A stretch of 64,000 nt of DNA, from positions 1-64,000 of the IMG/VR virus record IMGVR_UViG_3300030433_001574, one strand, 5' to 3'. Shown in pieces: positions 45,901-57,900 of the stretch. Made by a program: the position numbers and the translations under genes. This DNA comes from a virus. Taxonomy: Duplodnaviria; Caudoviricetes. The notes beneath the pieces were generated by a model. That model was not told the DNA's origin and did not search any database. It saw only the letters and a program-made list of their open reading frames with translations. How positions within the stretch are numbered: position 1 is the stretch's first letter; every line of letters begins with the position of its first letter.

Positions 45901-48900
45901 AGTTTTTGTCCGTAATACGGTTTTTCAGGGAAGAGCGAAGCGTCATCAACTTGTATGGCAGTCGCTGAAGAATGTGCTCCGACGACTTTACATGTAGGAG
46001 CGAGGCTTACGTTCTCCATAATCTTGGAGTAGATGTCAGGATAGATGCTTGGGTAACCAGCCAATGTCAATTGGGCAGCGACTGCGCCGTAACTCGCTCG
46101 ACAGAATTGGTAGTAGTTGTCAATACGATACAGAGCAAGATGTCTGAAACCAACAGCCGATGCGTCAGACGGAGTGCCTTGATGCATGATACTCCACCAC
46201 GGTATGTTCGTGGTAAAGCCCGGTGTAGCGTCTTTGAACTCTATCTCAGGAGTTGTTGGGTGATACGGATGACCTCGCCGTGTAAACGAAGGACTCTCCG
46301 ACCCTTGAACTCCCAATGGGTTATAAAGCAACATCGGTGGGATGTTAGCCAACTGACTACCGTGGTCAGGGTCGTGGTCAAGGATGACCTCGTTCAAGAA
46401 TATCTCACAGCCTCTTACGTCAGCCAGTGTAGCCTCAGCAAGAATAAGCGTAACACCGCCGATGTTGGCAGAGTTTGTCAGACTTGAGTGTCGCTCTTCG
46501 TCGTATTTGATACCGATAACAAGATTGACTTGCTGACTGGTAAGACCTGATAGTTCTGTGCCAGCAGTTGGTAAACCTGTAGCATCAGCATTGTTGCGAT
46601 GGAATCCAGTGACTTGTTGTGAGCGTAGGTTTGGCTGAATGACGATTTGATATGCACCAACTTCAGCAGGGTCAGGGAAGTGATTAGCCTGAGTATAGTT
46701 ACCACCAGCCTCAAGGACAATTGAGTGTCCACCAGCCTTGTTCATGTCACCAGCAGTGCCTTTTGATGCGAGTATACCGTAGCCGTCATACTTGATTTTC
46801 GTCTCAAACATCAGCGTAAATGCACCACCGTGAATGTCGCTTGGGCCTGACGGATTGGCTGTGAGCGAACCTACTCTGAGCGCTGGGTTGAGTGGGAATA
46901 TCCTGTCTGTAACTGCGGTAGGAATAGAGGTCTGATTGTTCGTTGTGCCGTCTACCTCGACCAAGTTGTCAGCCAGTGTCGTATAATCTTCGTCAGGTAG
47001 TGACGCTAATTTGTCGCTGTTCGCTTTCTCGTATAGTCCTTGATAGGCTGGGTGCGCCCAGTGACCGGGCATCATTGGCATCGTTGCATTGACGAAGTGA
47101 TGACCCATACGAGGAATAGGCATTGGAGTAAGTTGTGGCTTACTGTATCGTGAGTGTATAGTTGTTTGAGCATCGCCGTCAAAGTAGAGAGTGTGAGCCA
47201 TGTCAGGGCTGTTACCGCTTACCTCAGCATGGTCACGCAGTCGGCGTGCAGCGAATATACGAGCACTACCAGCAGGGACATAGTATGACGGTGTGATAGT
47301 CAATGCACCAACAGCAAAATTATCAGCCATAAATTGAGTAAAGTCAATATCACCAACAAGGTCGTTAAACACATCTGAACTTATTGATTTATACGAAGCA
47401 ATAACACTCTCACCTGCTGCGTTGCTAATTCGTATGAATCGTCGGTTATCGGCTACTTCTTGTGTTCCAAAGCCAGTAGAGAATATGTTTTCGTTGATAG
47501 CAGCACTCGCTGTAATTGAGGTTGAAGTGTAGGAATCTACGGTAAGGGCTTGATTAACCACACCAGCGGTGTGAGTGTAGGTCGTCGGGAACTTTTCAGT
47601 GTGGCTGTGACCCATCTTTGTAATGTGGAAGTATAGTGCTCTGTCCTGTTGCTCGTAGGAACTGCGTAGTGTATTGTTACCAGTCGCTGCTACCCAGCCG
47701 TCACGAGTAGACTCAGGGAAGTTCTCATCTTGTGAGATGTGCTCCCATCCTACTTCGTTCATGGTTGGCCCTTTTCTTGGAGATTTGACCACGTTGTCAA
47801 ACAGATGACCAATATGACTTGCACCCAAGTCAGGGTGAATCATACCACCGTCACCGAATGTTTCTGTTTGGTATGCCTGTATTGGGTCGAAACCACTGCG
47901 AACAAGGATGTTACCGGGAATGGATTCAGGGTCAGGTAATTGAATCTCAAAGTTTGGAGGTATACCACTGTTTGCAGGGACTGGTTGTAGACCGCTTGCC
48001 AATCTTGTCGATGCAGGTTTATACGCTCTGATGACAATACCCAACGGTGAACCACCCTCAAGCGTATGCACCTGTCCTGTGTCGTCTACAACAGTGATGT
48101 CCTCAAACTGTATCTCTTCGTTTGGTATCTCAAGCACACCACCAAGAGCAATAGGATGTTCCTTTGCTAACGTAGGGTGGGCTATCTCTTGTGCTTGTAG
48201 AACTGGCATCATAGCCGAGTTTGTTGTCTCAAAAGAGAATCGAATGTTACCATACAACTTCTCGCCCATTGTGTGAGCGTTGCCACCTACTACACGAGTA
48301 ATCCACGGCACTGCACCTAAGCCACGAGCATTGGAGGCTGGCATGGTGACTGTTCCACCGTCCATTCGCTTCCATACAATATGCTCTGTGCTGAAGTTCT
48401 TGTGAGGGCTACGCTTCAATACATCGTAAGCATTGACATCACCAGCCCAAAAGATACCTGATTGAACATCATGAGAAGTTGATACCATATTATTCGATGG
48501 AGTGTTGGTTGATGTGATAAAATCAGTAGCAAGGTTACGCTCACCGATGTTTAATTCGTGATTTACAATTCCTACGTTTTTGTCAATATCGAAGAACAAA
48601 TCACCAGTTTCAGCACGACATGGCTCGGCATTTGACAACGAAGAGTCAGCGGAAAGAGAAGGGTGTAAGTAAACTTGAGCATTGAATGGAGCGCCGTCTA
48701 AGACAGTGCTCGTGGTGTAATCGCTAATGGTAGGAGGTGCTGTGTTGTCAGCAATCAAAGCCTCTACGTTTGGCCCAGCGTTAGCGGGTGCTACAAAGCG
48801 GTCACTGTGGTGAAATCGCTCGTCCCATTGGGTTGTGCCTCCAGCCAGCAAGTAGTCGCCTGTAGAGGTATGGTTGTCTCTGTCTTTCCTTGCCACCAAA

Positions 48901-51900
48901 CTCAACTCACCTTCGTGGGCTACAACGAGCAAAGCACGAGAGTAAGTGCCTTGAGCGTGAATCAACTCTTTCTGTATCTCAGGCATATCTCGCATAACTG
49001 GTGGGTTGTTGAACTGAGCGCCATCAGTCCAGCCCATAATGTATGTGCCAAATCCTACTGTATCATCAGTGCTGTAAGATACAGAGTCAGCCTCGGTATC
49101 GCCGTCACTTGGGAAGTTGCTGAGACTACCACCCGGTATGTCTGTCGGTGGCATACTTTCGGGAGAGTTAGGTAGAGGGGTTGTGTGAGGTAGATGACCA
49201 AGCATGTTGGCGCAAGACGAAGAGCCACCGTATGGTGAAAACCCAAGCATAGAATGCCAAGCACCAAGACCAGCCGAGAAACCACCGTCTACTGACAATG
49301 TGTTGAGGTAAGAGTATCGTTCACCATGCCACCCTACTGCTCCGACTGGCTTTGTTCTGTCTATTGCATCAGCGATACCACTGAAATGTGGTGCTCCGAT
49401 ACCGTAGTTTGAGAAACGACTACCTGCTGAGTTATCCACTCCGATGGTTGCGCTCTTTGACCATATCCATATTTTTGTCCCAACAGAAGGCGCAGGGTGT
49501 GGTAATGTTACTCCACTTACGTTTGAGCCGCCACCACTGTTGAACGCTACTGAAGTATTTGCGTAGATACGCCAAGCCTCTCCGTCTTCAAAGGCTTTCA
49601 AACCTGTAACCTTATTGTGTGACAAAAAGAATCGACAACGCAACGGGCTATCTACAGCGCTTCCGTCTCTGTAAAACGCACGACTATGATAAGAAGCCCA
49701 CGCCGATGACTTGACTGAACTACTTACAGACGCTCCATAGTCATGATTGGCTTCTGTTCGCAACCAACCTGATGCTGGCACACGATTTGCAACTGACTCT
49801 TCGTTTCCTGTTGCAGCACCAGTAATCTCAACGTCGATAAAGCAATCACCGTTCTTAAGACTCGCACCACCTGTTGCTGTGTTACCGAGTGTATTGCGGG
49901 TGAATGTAATTGTGACACCAGTGTTTGTAGCATTCGGGGCTGGGTTTATTGTGACAGTGTTTGCTGTTGAGTTAAAGGAAGCAACTACACTGTTGGCTTG
50001 AATACCAGTTCCGCTTACAGATTGACCCGCTTGTATCAAAGCAGGGAACGTCCCAGTGACTGCTATAGCAGCAACACCACTGGTGACGTTTGCAGTAAAC
50101 GTGCTGGTTGCTGTGCCGCTTCTGACCATAGGTGCGACACTTACTGTGTTGTTTGAATAACCATAATCAGTAACATCGCTATTCGCTGTAACTCCGCCTA
50201 CTGTTCCGTTTCCGTAAACGCCGCTTGGTATTGCTTTTGAAATACTTTCTATCCATCCATATCGGTCTTGGCGAGTAGCGTTACCCATTGATGGCATAAA
50301 CGTCCCACCAATAGCCTTGAGAGCACCTTTACCGGGAAACGTATTGATAGCAGCACCCAGCACACAAGCCAACTCTTCTCCGTTCTGACAACGTGTAGCA
50401 TCTACTACGATGTATTCGTGGTCTACGTCGCTTGCTGTCAATGTATCAGTGCTAAAGCCGGGAGAGCCTGAGTTGTCGTTTGAATGTAGCATCTTCGTTG
50501 CCAGCACACCAGCGACTCTGAATGCAGTCTTGTTGATACGACTAACATTTGTGTTCAAACTAATTCTTGTTGCAGCGCCCTGTAGTGGTGGATTCATAGT
50601 GATTTGATTATCCATCCAAGAACCACCGGGATGGTTACCGTTGTCCATATGCCAGCACAAGTCAGCGTTTTTGACCATACCTCCAGCGTAAAACATAGCG
50701 TGTCTACTGGGTTGAGCAACAGCATATGCTTTCGCTACGTCATCTGTAAAGTTAGAAGCAGTGCTGTAGTGGTCAAAGGCGTTAGCGGTAAACGAGTTAC
50801 CGTAGTTTCTACCATTCTCAGGTCGCTCTCGCAAAAACACAGTATCGGGTATACCGAGAGGCGACTCCCAGTTTAGCACTTGTCGGTAATGGAATCGGTG
50901 CTTAGCCAACTGTGTTGCTGCACGCTCAGGCATGTATTCTCCAGTAGAATTTTGAATGTGATTTGGTAAAAAGGCACGACCACCAGCCCCACTTGACATA
51001 TTCGGAACTTTTGACCAAGCGTTACCAGTGCTCACAGCCTCGCCGGGGTGTGGCTCAAACGCATTGTCGGGACTTGCTTTTTCTTGACAGAGAGGGAATG
51101 CTTGACCCGGCCCAAAAATGATGTATGTTGTCTTGTTGTCTACACTGTCACGATGGTCGTTGTATCGTGCGGTTGGGTGTGCAAAGCGCAACACCATAGG
51201 AGACGGCACTTGCATGTGAACCCCAGCGGTATATGGAGCAGCATTGGGGTGTATGTTACTCACACTTTGAGCACCTCTCTTGATGTCAGGAGACAAAATG
51301 TTGTCCTTGTTGTAAACTGGTGGATTGATACTACCACGATGTTGCTTTAACAAAGCAGTTGCTGGGAAGAAAGCCATGATAGCGTTACAGTCAAGTGTAG
51401 AGAATGAAGAAAGAATTTCATTGGCATTTTGAATACCAGCAGAGCCTGTTGGCCCATTAGCATACGGATGTGTGTTGTGCTCTGAGTAATCGTTCTGTGT
51501 CCCGTCATTGATGTCTACCACAGCGCCGCTGAAACCACCACCAAAGAACAGAGGAACGTAATTGTCAGGGCCATCACGAGCGCCAGTAAAGTGAATGATT
51601 GGTAAAGAATGCACGCTACCAAGAGAGCGCTTACCAGCAAACAAATACGCCCTTAAATCAGCGTATTTTTGGACAACAAGTGTCCCGCTTGGGTTTGATG
51701 AAGGCCAGTCTCCGCTTCTCAAATTAGAATCAAGTAATTGGCTAAACGTTTTCTCAGAAACATATCCACCACTATTTACATTCTGACTTTCTGTGACTGC
51801 TGTATGTGTGCCATAACTGATAGGAGTCTTTGTGCCAAAAGAATCTACTCTTGCGTAGTCTTGTGTTTGCCCTTGTTCAACGTGATTAACCGATGCTTCG

Positions 51901-54900
51901 TAACCAGCGGGTTTAGCGAAGTGCCACATTTCATTATCGCCGTGTAAAGCCATCATAGATGCAGAATGAACATTGGTCATCTTTAGTGTTGGATTGTCGA
52001 GATTTGGTAGAATCAAATCTCCGCTTGATTCAATAAAGTTTTCACCAATCAAATTCTTTCGCCATGTGCTGGTATTGATAGGATTGTTTTGCGAGTCTAC
52101 GATATTTGGCGTAGCAGTATTTGCATTATGTCCTCTACCCTTTGTTGTAATCTGTATAATCGTTGAAGGGATATAACCACAGTTCAGGCTTCGTCCTTTA
52201 GCAATCAAGCCATCGCCTACTGGTCGTGTCGCATCACCTGTTACAGTAACTCCGTCGTTGTTAATCTTCAGGCTCTCGACTTCACCATACTCAATGTGGC
52301 TGGCTCTGATACCAACGTCTTGTGAAAGACTCGCTGTAAAGAAGTCCGATATAGGCTCAATGTTGCCTTTTGTATTGTAGGCTTTGATTTTGATTGACTC
52401 ATCTGTAATACCCCATTCACCGAAAGTGCGACCATCAGCGGCATACATGTTGGTGCAATCAAAAGTCGTTTCTTCATTGGGGTCTGTTAGGTTGATGGCG
52501 GCAGCAGTTACGGCTGCCATTAGTTCGTCTGTGACAAGCGTAGTCCAGTTAGCAACTGGTGTTATCAAAGCAGAGATACCGTCTGTTTCTTCACCAACAA
52601 CAAAGTCACCAAGAGTGAGCGTGGGAGCAGTGTTGCTGTGAGTGTGAATTTTGTGTCGTGAGATGTATGTGTCTCCAGTTACACCGTGGAATACATGTGT
52701 TCCTGTTTTGTCGTTTCTTGTGCGGTGAGTGTAGGCAAACATGTTACCCCAGTTACCAGTAAGGGATGCATCGTTGTAAGGGTCTGATAAGTGAATGACA
52801 CCGTTTTCAGCAGGGAATCCCATGTAACCCAATACATCATGATGAGGGCAGTCATCGTATGGAGCATAGAGTGTAACTGTAATTGTTTTATCCGTTGTAT
52901 TGTAAACAACGTCTGTGTTGTAAGAAGCATTTGGAGCAGGTGCTCCTCGCCATAGGTTGCCTCGCCAGTTTGCAAGACCAGCGTTAGAAGGCGTGGCTGG
53001 GAATCGCCCTGTTGGGTCGCTTATACCATGCATGTGCTTACCAATCGTGAAACCACCTTGCGAGCAATCTTTGTGATTGAAGTAAACTACAATTTCATTC
53101 TCCAACGTCTTTGGTAGAAGCGTGTTGTCTAAGGCAAATTTCTCTCCCATGTTCTTGTAGATGTAACGTATACCATGCTCTACCCCTCTGTGGTCTTGCA
53201 ATCGTAGACCGTAGATAGGAGAATCGCCTATACTATCAGGGAATACCTGAGCAGTAGGAACGTGACCAGTATAGGTGGTAGCGGGTTCTGTGTCCACCAC
53301 CTTTGTGAGTTTACCATAGTCGTTAGCAAATCGCTCATCGCCCTTTCTACCAAAGCCCCACTTACCAGCGTCAGGTGCGAAGCCGGGGACACCAGCAGAG
53401 ACAAGACCACCGAAGTTTATTCGTGCCACAGCGTTTGTTCCGACACGCAAACCCTCTGTGAATGATGTGTTGAATCCCTCAATTTCAAGTGATTCAGTGT
53501 TGAGCGTATTGTGGTTTTGTCCACTACCGCTGTGCGCTGATACTGCACGCAGTCTTGGTGTCGTCGTCTCGTCATGGTTGTTGGAGAACTCACCTTTTGG
53601 AACGACGGCTTGCATGGACTCATCGGGTTGAGTATACTGTCTCAAAGAAGTAATCGGAGCAAACGGTCTTCCATGTTTATTAAGCGGCATTGGCGCTGGG
53701 TGCATGTTTTCTCCACTCAGTTCATCAGGCATACACCAAAATGTTCTGAAACGACCACCATGACCAATCATAAATTCAGGCTTGTAAGGAACTTGCCCTT
53801 TGCTGTTGTCGAGCCATACAGCAAAGTTACGCCCAGTAGCACCGGGAACTGTGCTGTGAATGATGATTGAGAATCCTTCTTCGTTACCGTCCACGTCTCT
53901 AACGACACGACCAAGATGAGCACGAATGTAACCCATGTGTGTTCCCTTATCGTGCGACTCAAACGCCTTGTCCTCATCCCACCATACAACAGGGTCGTGA
54001 GTAGAACCAGTTGTAGCAAAATCAGCCTCACCAACAACTTTCACAGGGTATTGTTTGTTTGTGTTGTTGCTGTGTGTGCGCCCTTTCTTTGCAGCGGCTT
54101 GATTTATCATACGCACAACTTCGGTAGCCGCCGCTTCGACGCTGGTGATACCATCTCTAACTGCGACTTCGCCCAAGTCAATAGTCATCCTTCTTGTGAA
54201 ATCCATCTGAGTCCATTGAGGTAGATGCTGTAGTCTTGTCTCAGTAGTCATGTTGGATAGGTCAAGAGCCTCTGAGCGAATGCCCTTGAGAGCAAGGAAG
54301 GCTGGGATGACACGAGTGCCGTCAGGTGTATCGAACAGCGTAGATGTTTCTTCGTTTCTTCTGTTCATAAACAGGGTAAAACTACCATCTTCGTTACCGC
54401 TTACATTCGCTGTGCCTGTTGGAAGAATGTAGAGGCTTCGGTCACCGATGAAAATGGTGTCACCTTCTTCGTAGAGACTGTCACCATGTCGATTTACAGT
54501 AGCGGTAACAACTGCGTTGCTTGCGATAGTGACATCAACGGTCATGCCACTGCCTTGACCATCTGTGGTTGTTTTTACATTGTAGAACGTGCCGTTGTTA
54601 TATCCGCTACCACCAGCCTTTAGCGTCAAAGTTTTGCCTTTTGAAATACGATGTTGCATTAAAGCCTTAATCAAAACGTCGTTGGATGAAAACAACTTTC
54701 TCGTTTTGTTATGTTCTTTGTTAGCATGGTATGGTATAGCAACCGCATTGTTGGTGCGAGATGTAATGCTATCACCCAGCGTGCGTTTCTTAGCCAGTGG
54801 GCCACCAGTATGGTAACCAGTGTGTATGAAGTGACCATGTGCTTTACCATAGAGAGCAGCCTGAGTCATAGAAGTTAGAGCATTGACGATGCCTGAAGTG

Positions 54901-57900
54901 GTTGTAAAGACCTTGAAAACTGCGTCATTGTTTCCACCTGTAATTCTGACTCGCCTTTCTTGTCCACTTCTTGAGTTGCTGTAACCACTTCCACCGTTTC
55001 TGACTACAATGTTGGTAATTTGTCCAGCAGACGCTGTAATGTCTACCGTTAGCCCTGTTCCACCAGCATTGATGTCAGTCGTAGACAAGTTATTGGCTGT
55101 TGAATAACCAGTTCCGTTTTGTCGGTGAAGCAAATTTGTTCCTAAAGACTCAAGCCTTGTGACAACCCCTGAAACTGGGCTTAACATCGCATCTGAGATG
55201 TTGTTGCCGATGTTGTGAGCGTATGCACTCTCCATGAAGTTGGATTGTTGATACGCTCTGATGTATTTGTTTTGAGAAGAATAGCCGTTAGCGACATCTA
55301 TTTGCGTGATAAATGGGTTCTGAGCACCGCCGTTGTATTTGATAGCGTAGTTGCTCAAGTCAATTTCATCTGTCCCATCGGCCACGTTGATTGACGATGA
55401 CAGCCTCTCAAAGCCCAACTCAGCAGCCTTTGGTGAAGTTTGGACTTGCATATGTATGTCTTGGAAAGCGATGAACTCACGGTCATGCGCTACGTCATAC
55501 AACAACACACGAGCGTGGCCTTCTGTAGCAAGATACGGGTCAAGGTAAGCCACAGTCGGTGGATTGCTCATACCCAGTTCATCGTAGTTCAACTCAATGG
55601 TTTTATTGACGTGCTGAACAAAGTTACGAGCCGTTTCGATACAACTATCACCAATCAAGAAGTTTTCAAGAGGGATTGAATCACGAGGCTCTGTAGCCAT
55701 AAGCCCTTGACCACCATTGAATCCCTTCCAAACAAGCGCTTCGTTAAGCACACCACGACTCTTAGCAAACATACCCTGAACAGCGTGAGGGTTGTTGTAG
55801 GTCATGTTCATCCATACAGTATCACCACGACGCAAACCACCTTGAGCGTAAGGGAACAACCACGTTCTGTTTAGACAAGCCTCTTCGTCATTCTTCATCA
55901 TCGAATGACATCCAGTTCGGAGGTATACTTTTTCCGTAGAAGGCGAAGCCGCTGCTTGAGTAATCATATTGTTGAGACTGGTCTTGTTGGCAGCAGGGAC
56001 TGCTGTTTTGAGGTAAATTTTCGTATTGACGGCTGGAATTGTTACTGGATTACCTCTGATTGCCCCTTCAACGATGTATTCAACTTGACCCAACAATGTC
56101 ACAGTAGTAGGACTTCCGCTAATTTCATGTTCGGCATAAATCCAATCGTTAGGTTTGACATTCAAATAGAGTGTATTGGCTTGTAGAAGTTGAGATTTTG
56201 TCTGACTCTCAAGAGTCAGTTCCTTATCACTCCCGCTAATGCCCGCTATCTCCCACGGCGATGAATAGAATGCGGCTCTACCAGTATGCGACTTGTTTAC
56301 TGTGTTGTCCAACTTTGTGTTGTATTTGTCGCTTGAGAAGAAAACATCGTAGCCGTATTTTGTCAGCGTGGCTGTCTCACCTTTCAGTGTGTCGTTCTTG
56401 AGATAAGAAGGAACTGTGTTGTTCTCTTTGGTCATCACTATGATGCTGGACAGTGTATCAAGAGAGTCAGTAGGTGTTAGACCACCACTAACCAACGTGC
56501 TCTTGTTTTTGTTCCCTTCTCCAAAGTAGACAAATATGTTTGAGTCAATCTCCAAACTGTAGTGTGCTTGTCCCATCTCCCACTCATAATCAGCGTTGAT
56601 ACTGTTCGGTTGCCTTTCGACAGATGGGAACTTGTCTACATCTTCCTGACTCATAATGAGATGAGCAAAACCAGTATACACCGAGCCATTCATGATTGGC
56701 TCTACACTCAAGACAGTTCCTGTTGCACGACCACTTTGCACTCTTGCGGCGTGAGGATTTGATAGCGGCCCTGCCTTAAACTCGACAGCGCTTACATACT
56801 GACGCAAACCGTAGTCGATGTTACCGCCTTGCGTCTTGACACTGGCTGCGTCGTAGTAGTATTCGCTTCTGTTCTCAAAGTCAGCAGCGGCGTTGAGCGC
56901 ATCACCCTTGAGTGGCACTAAGACCTCAGAGTCGTATGCATTCCCCATGAGAAGAGGCGTGCCTATGGTGAGTTGAGAGACAAAGCCTTTCGATACATAG
57001 GATTCTTCTTTTGTAATTTCTATGTAACCATCTGTTATTGGGTCATTGGAGTAGATAGCCCACTCTCCTGAAGGAAGGAAGACTCTACGGAACAGCAAGA
57101 CGTTATCGACGTTGTAGTGATTGGTGTTGGTCGTTGTTACATCACCTGCTGGGAACATGGCTGGATTACTAACATAGATTCGATAATTGGTTGAGTTCGT
57201 CTCAAAGTTCGTGATGTTCGACTGATTGTTCCTCTCGTTAGCGAGAATACTCTTTGCATACGCTCCGTATGCGCTTCTGTCTGATGGAGGTAGGTCTTGG
57301 TATCTACGCCCTACTGGTGAAGGATTCCATGTGTGTGCGGTCATGGTAGGGTCGATGTGAAGTTTCAACGAGTTGTCAGGGCTTGGGTAACTGTTGTTTT
57401 CTCTATCAGCAAAGAACTGACCTCTGAACAAAGGTATCTCAACCAAAGCACGAGTTGAAGCAAATTGAGTCCCAAGTTGATAATCATGTGATATGTTGTC
57501 CATTGATTGGAACATTCGGTCATTGACTGTCGTGCCGTCAGACTGTAGGTTTTCAATGAAGAAGTGACCGTCTCCCATGATGATTTCACCAAGAGGAAAA
57601 TCTTGAGACTGCGTGCCAGTTAGAACATCAGCATCCTTTCGCAAACCGCTACCAACTACCCAGTCTTGGAATGTGGCAACAGCGTTACCGTTGGGTAGTA
57701 GGAAACGACGAGTAGATACGTTAGAATCAGTGAACAAGAAACACGCACCAGTCTTGCTTTGATATTCCGCATTTGCTCCGTTTTTCAGGTAAATTCTTCC
57801 TACTTTCGGAAACGGATAAGTCCCCCAACTCGCTAAATCGGGGGAGTCGTTGTTAAGAGGAGACACTTCGATAAATTGCGTTCCGTTACTGGTGCTCAAA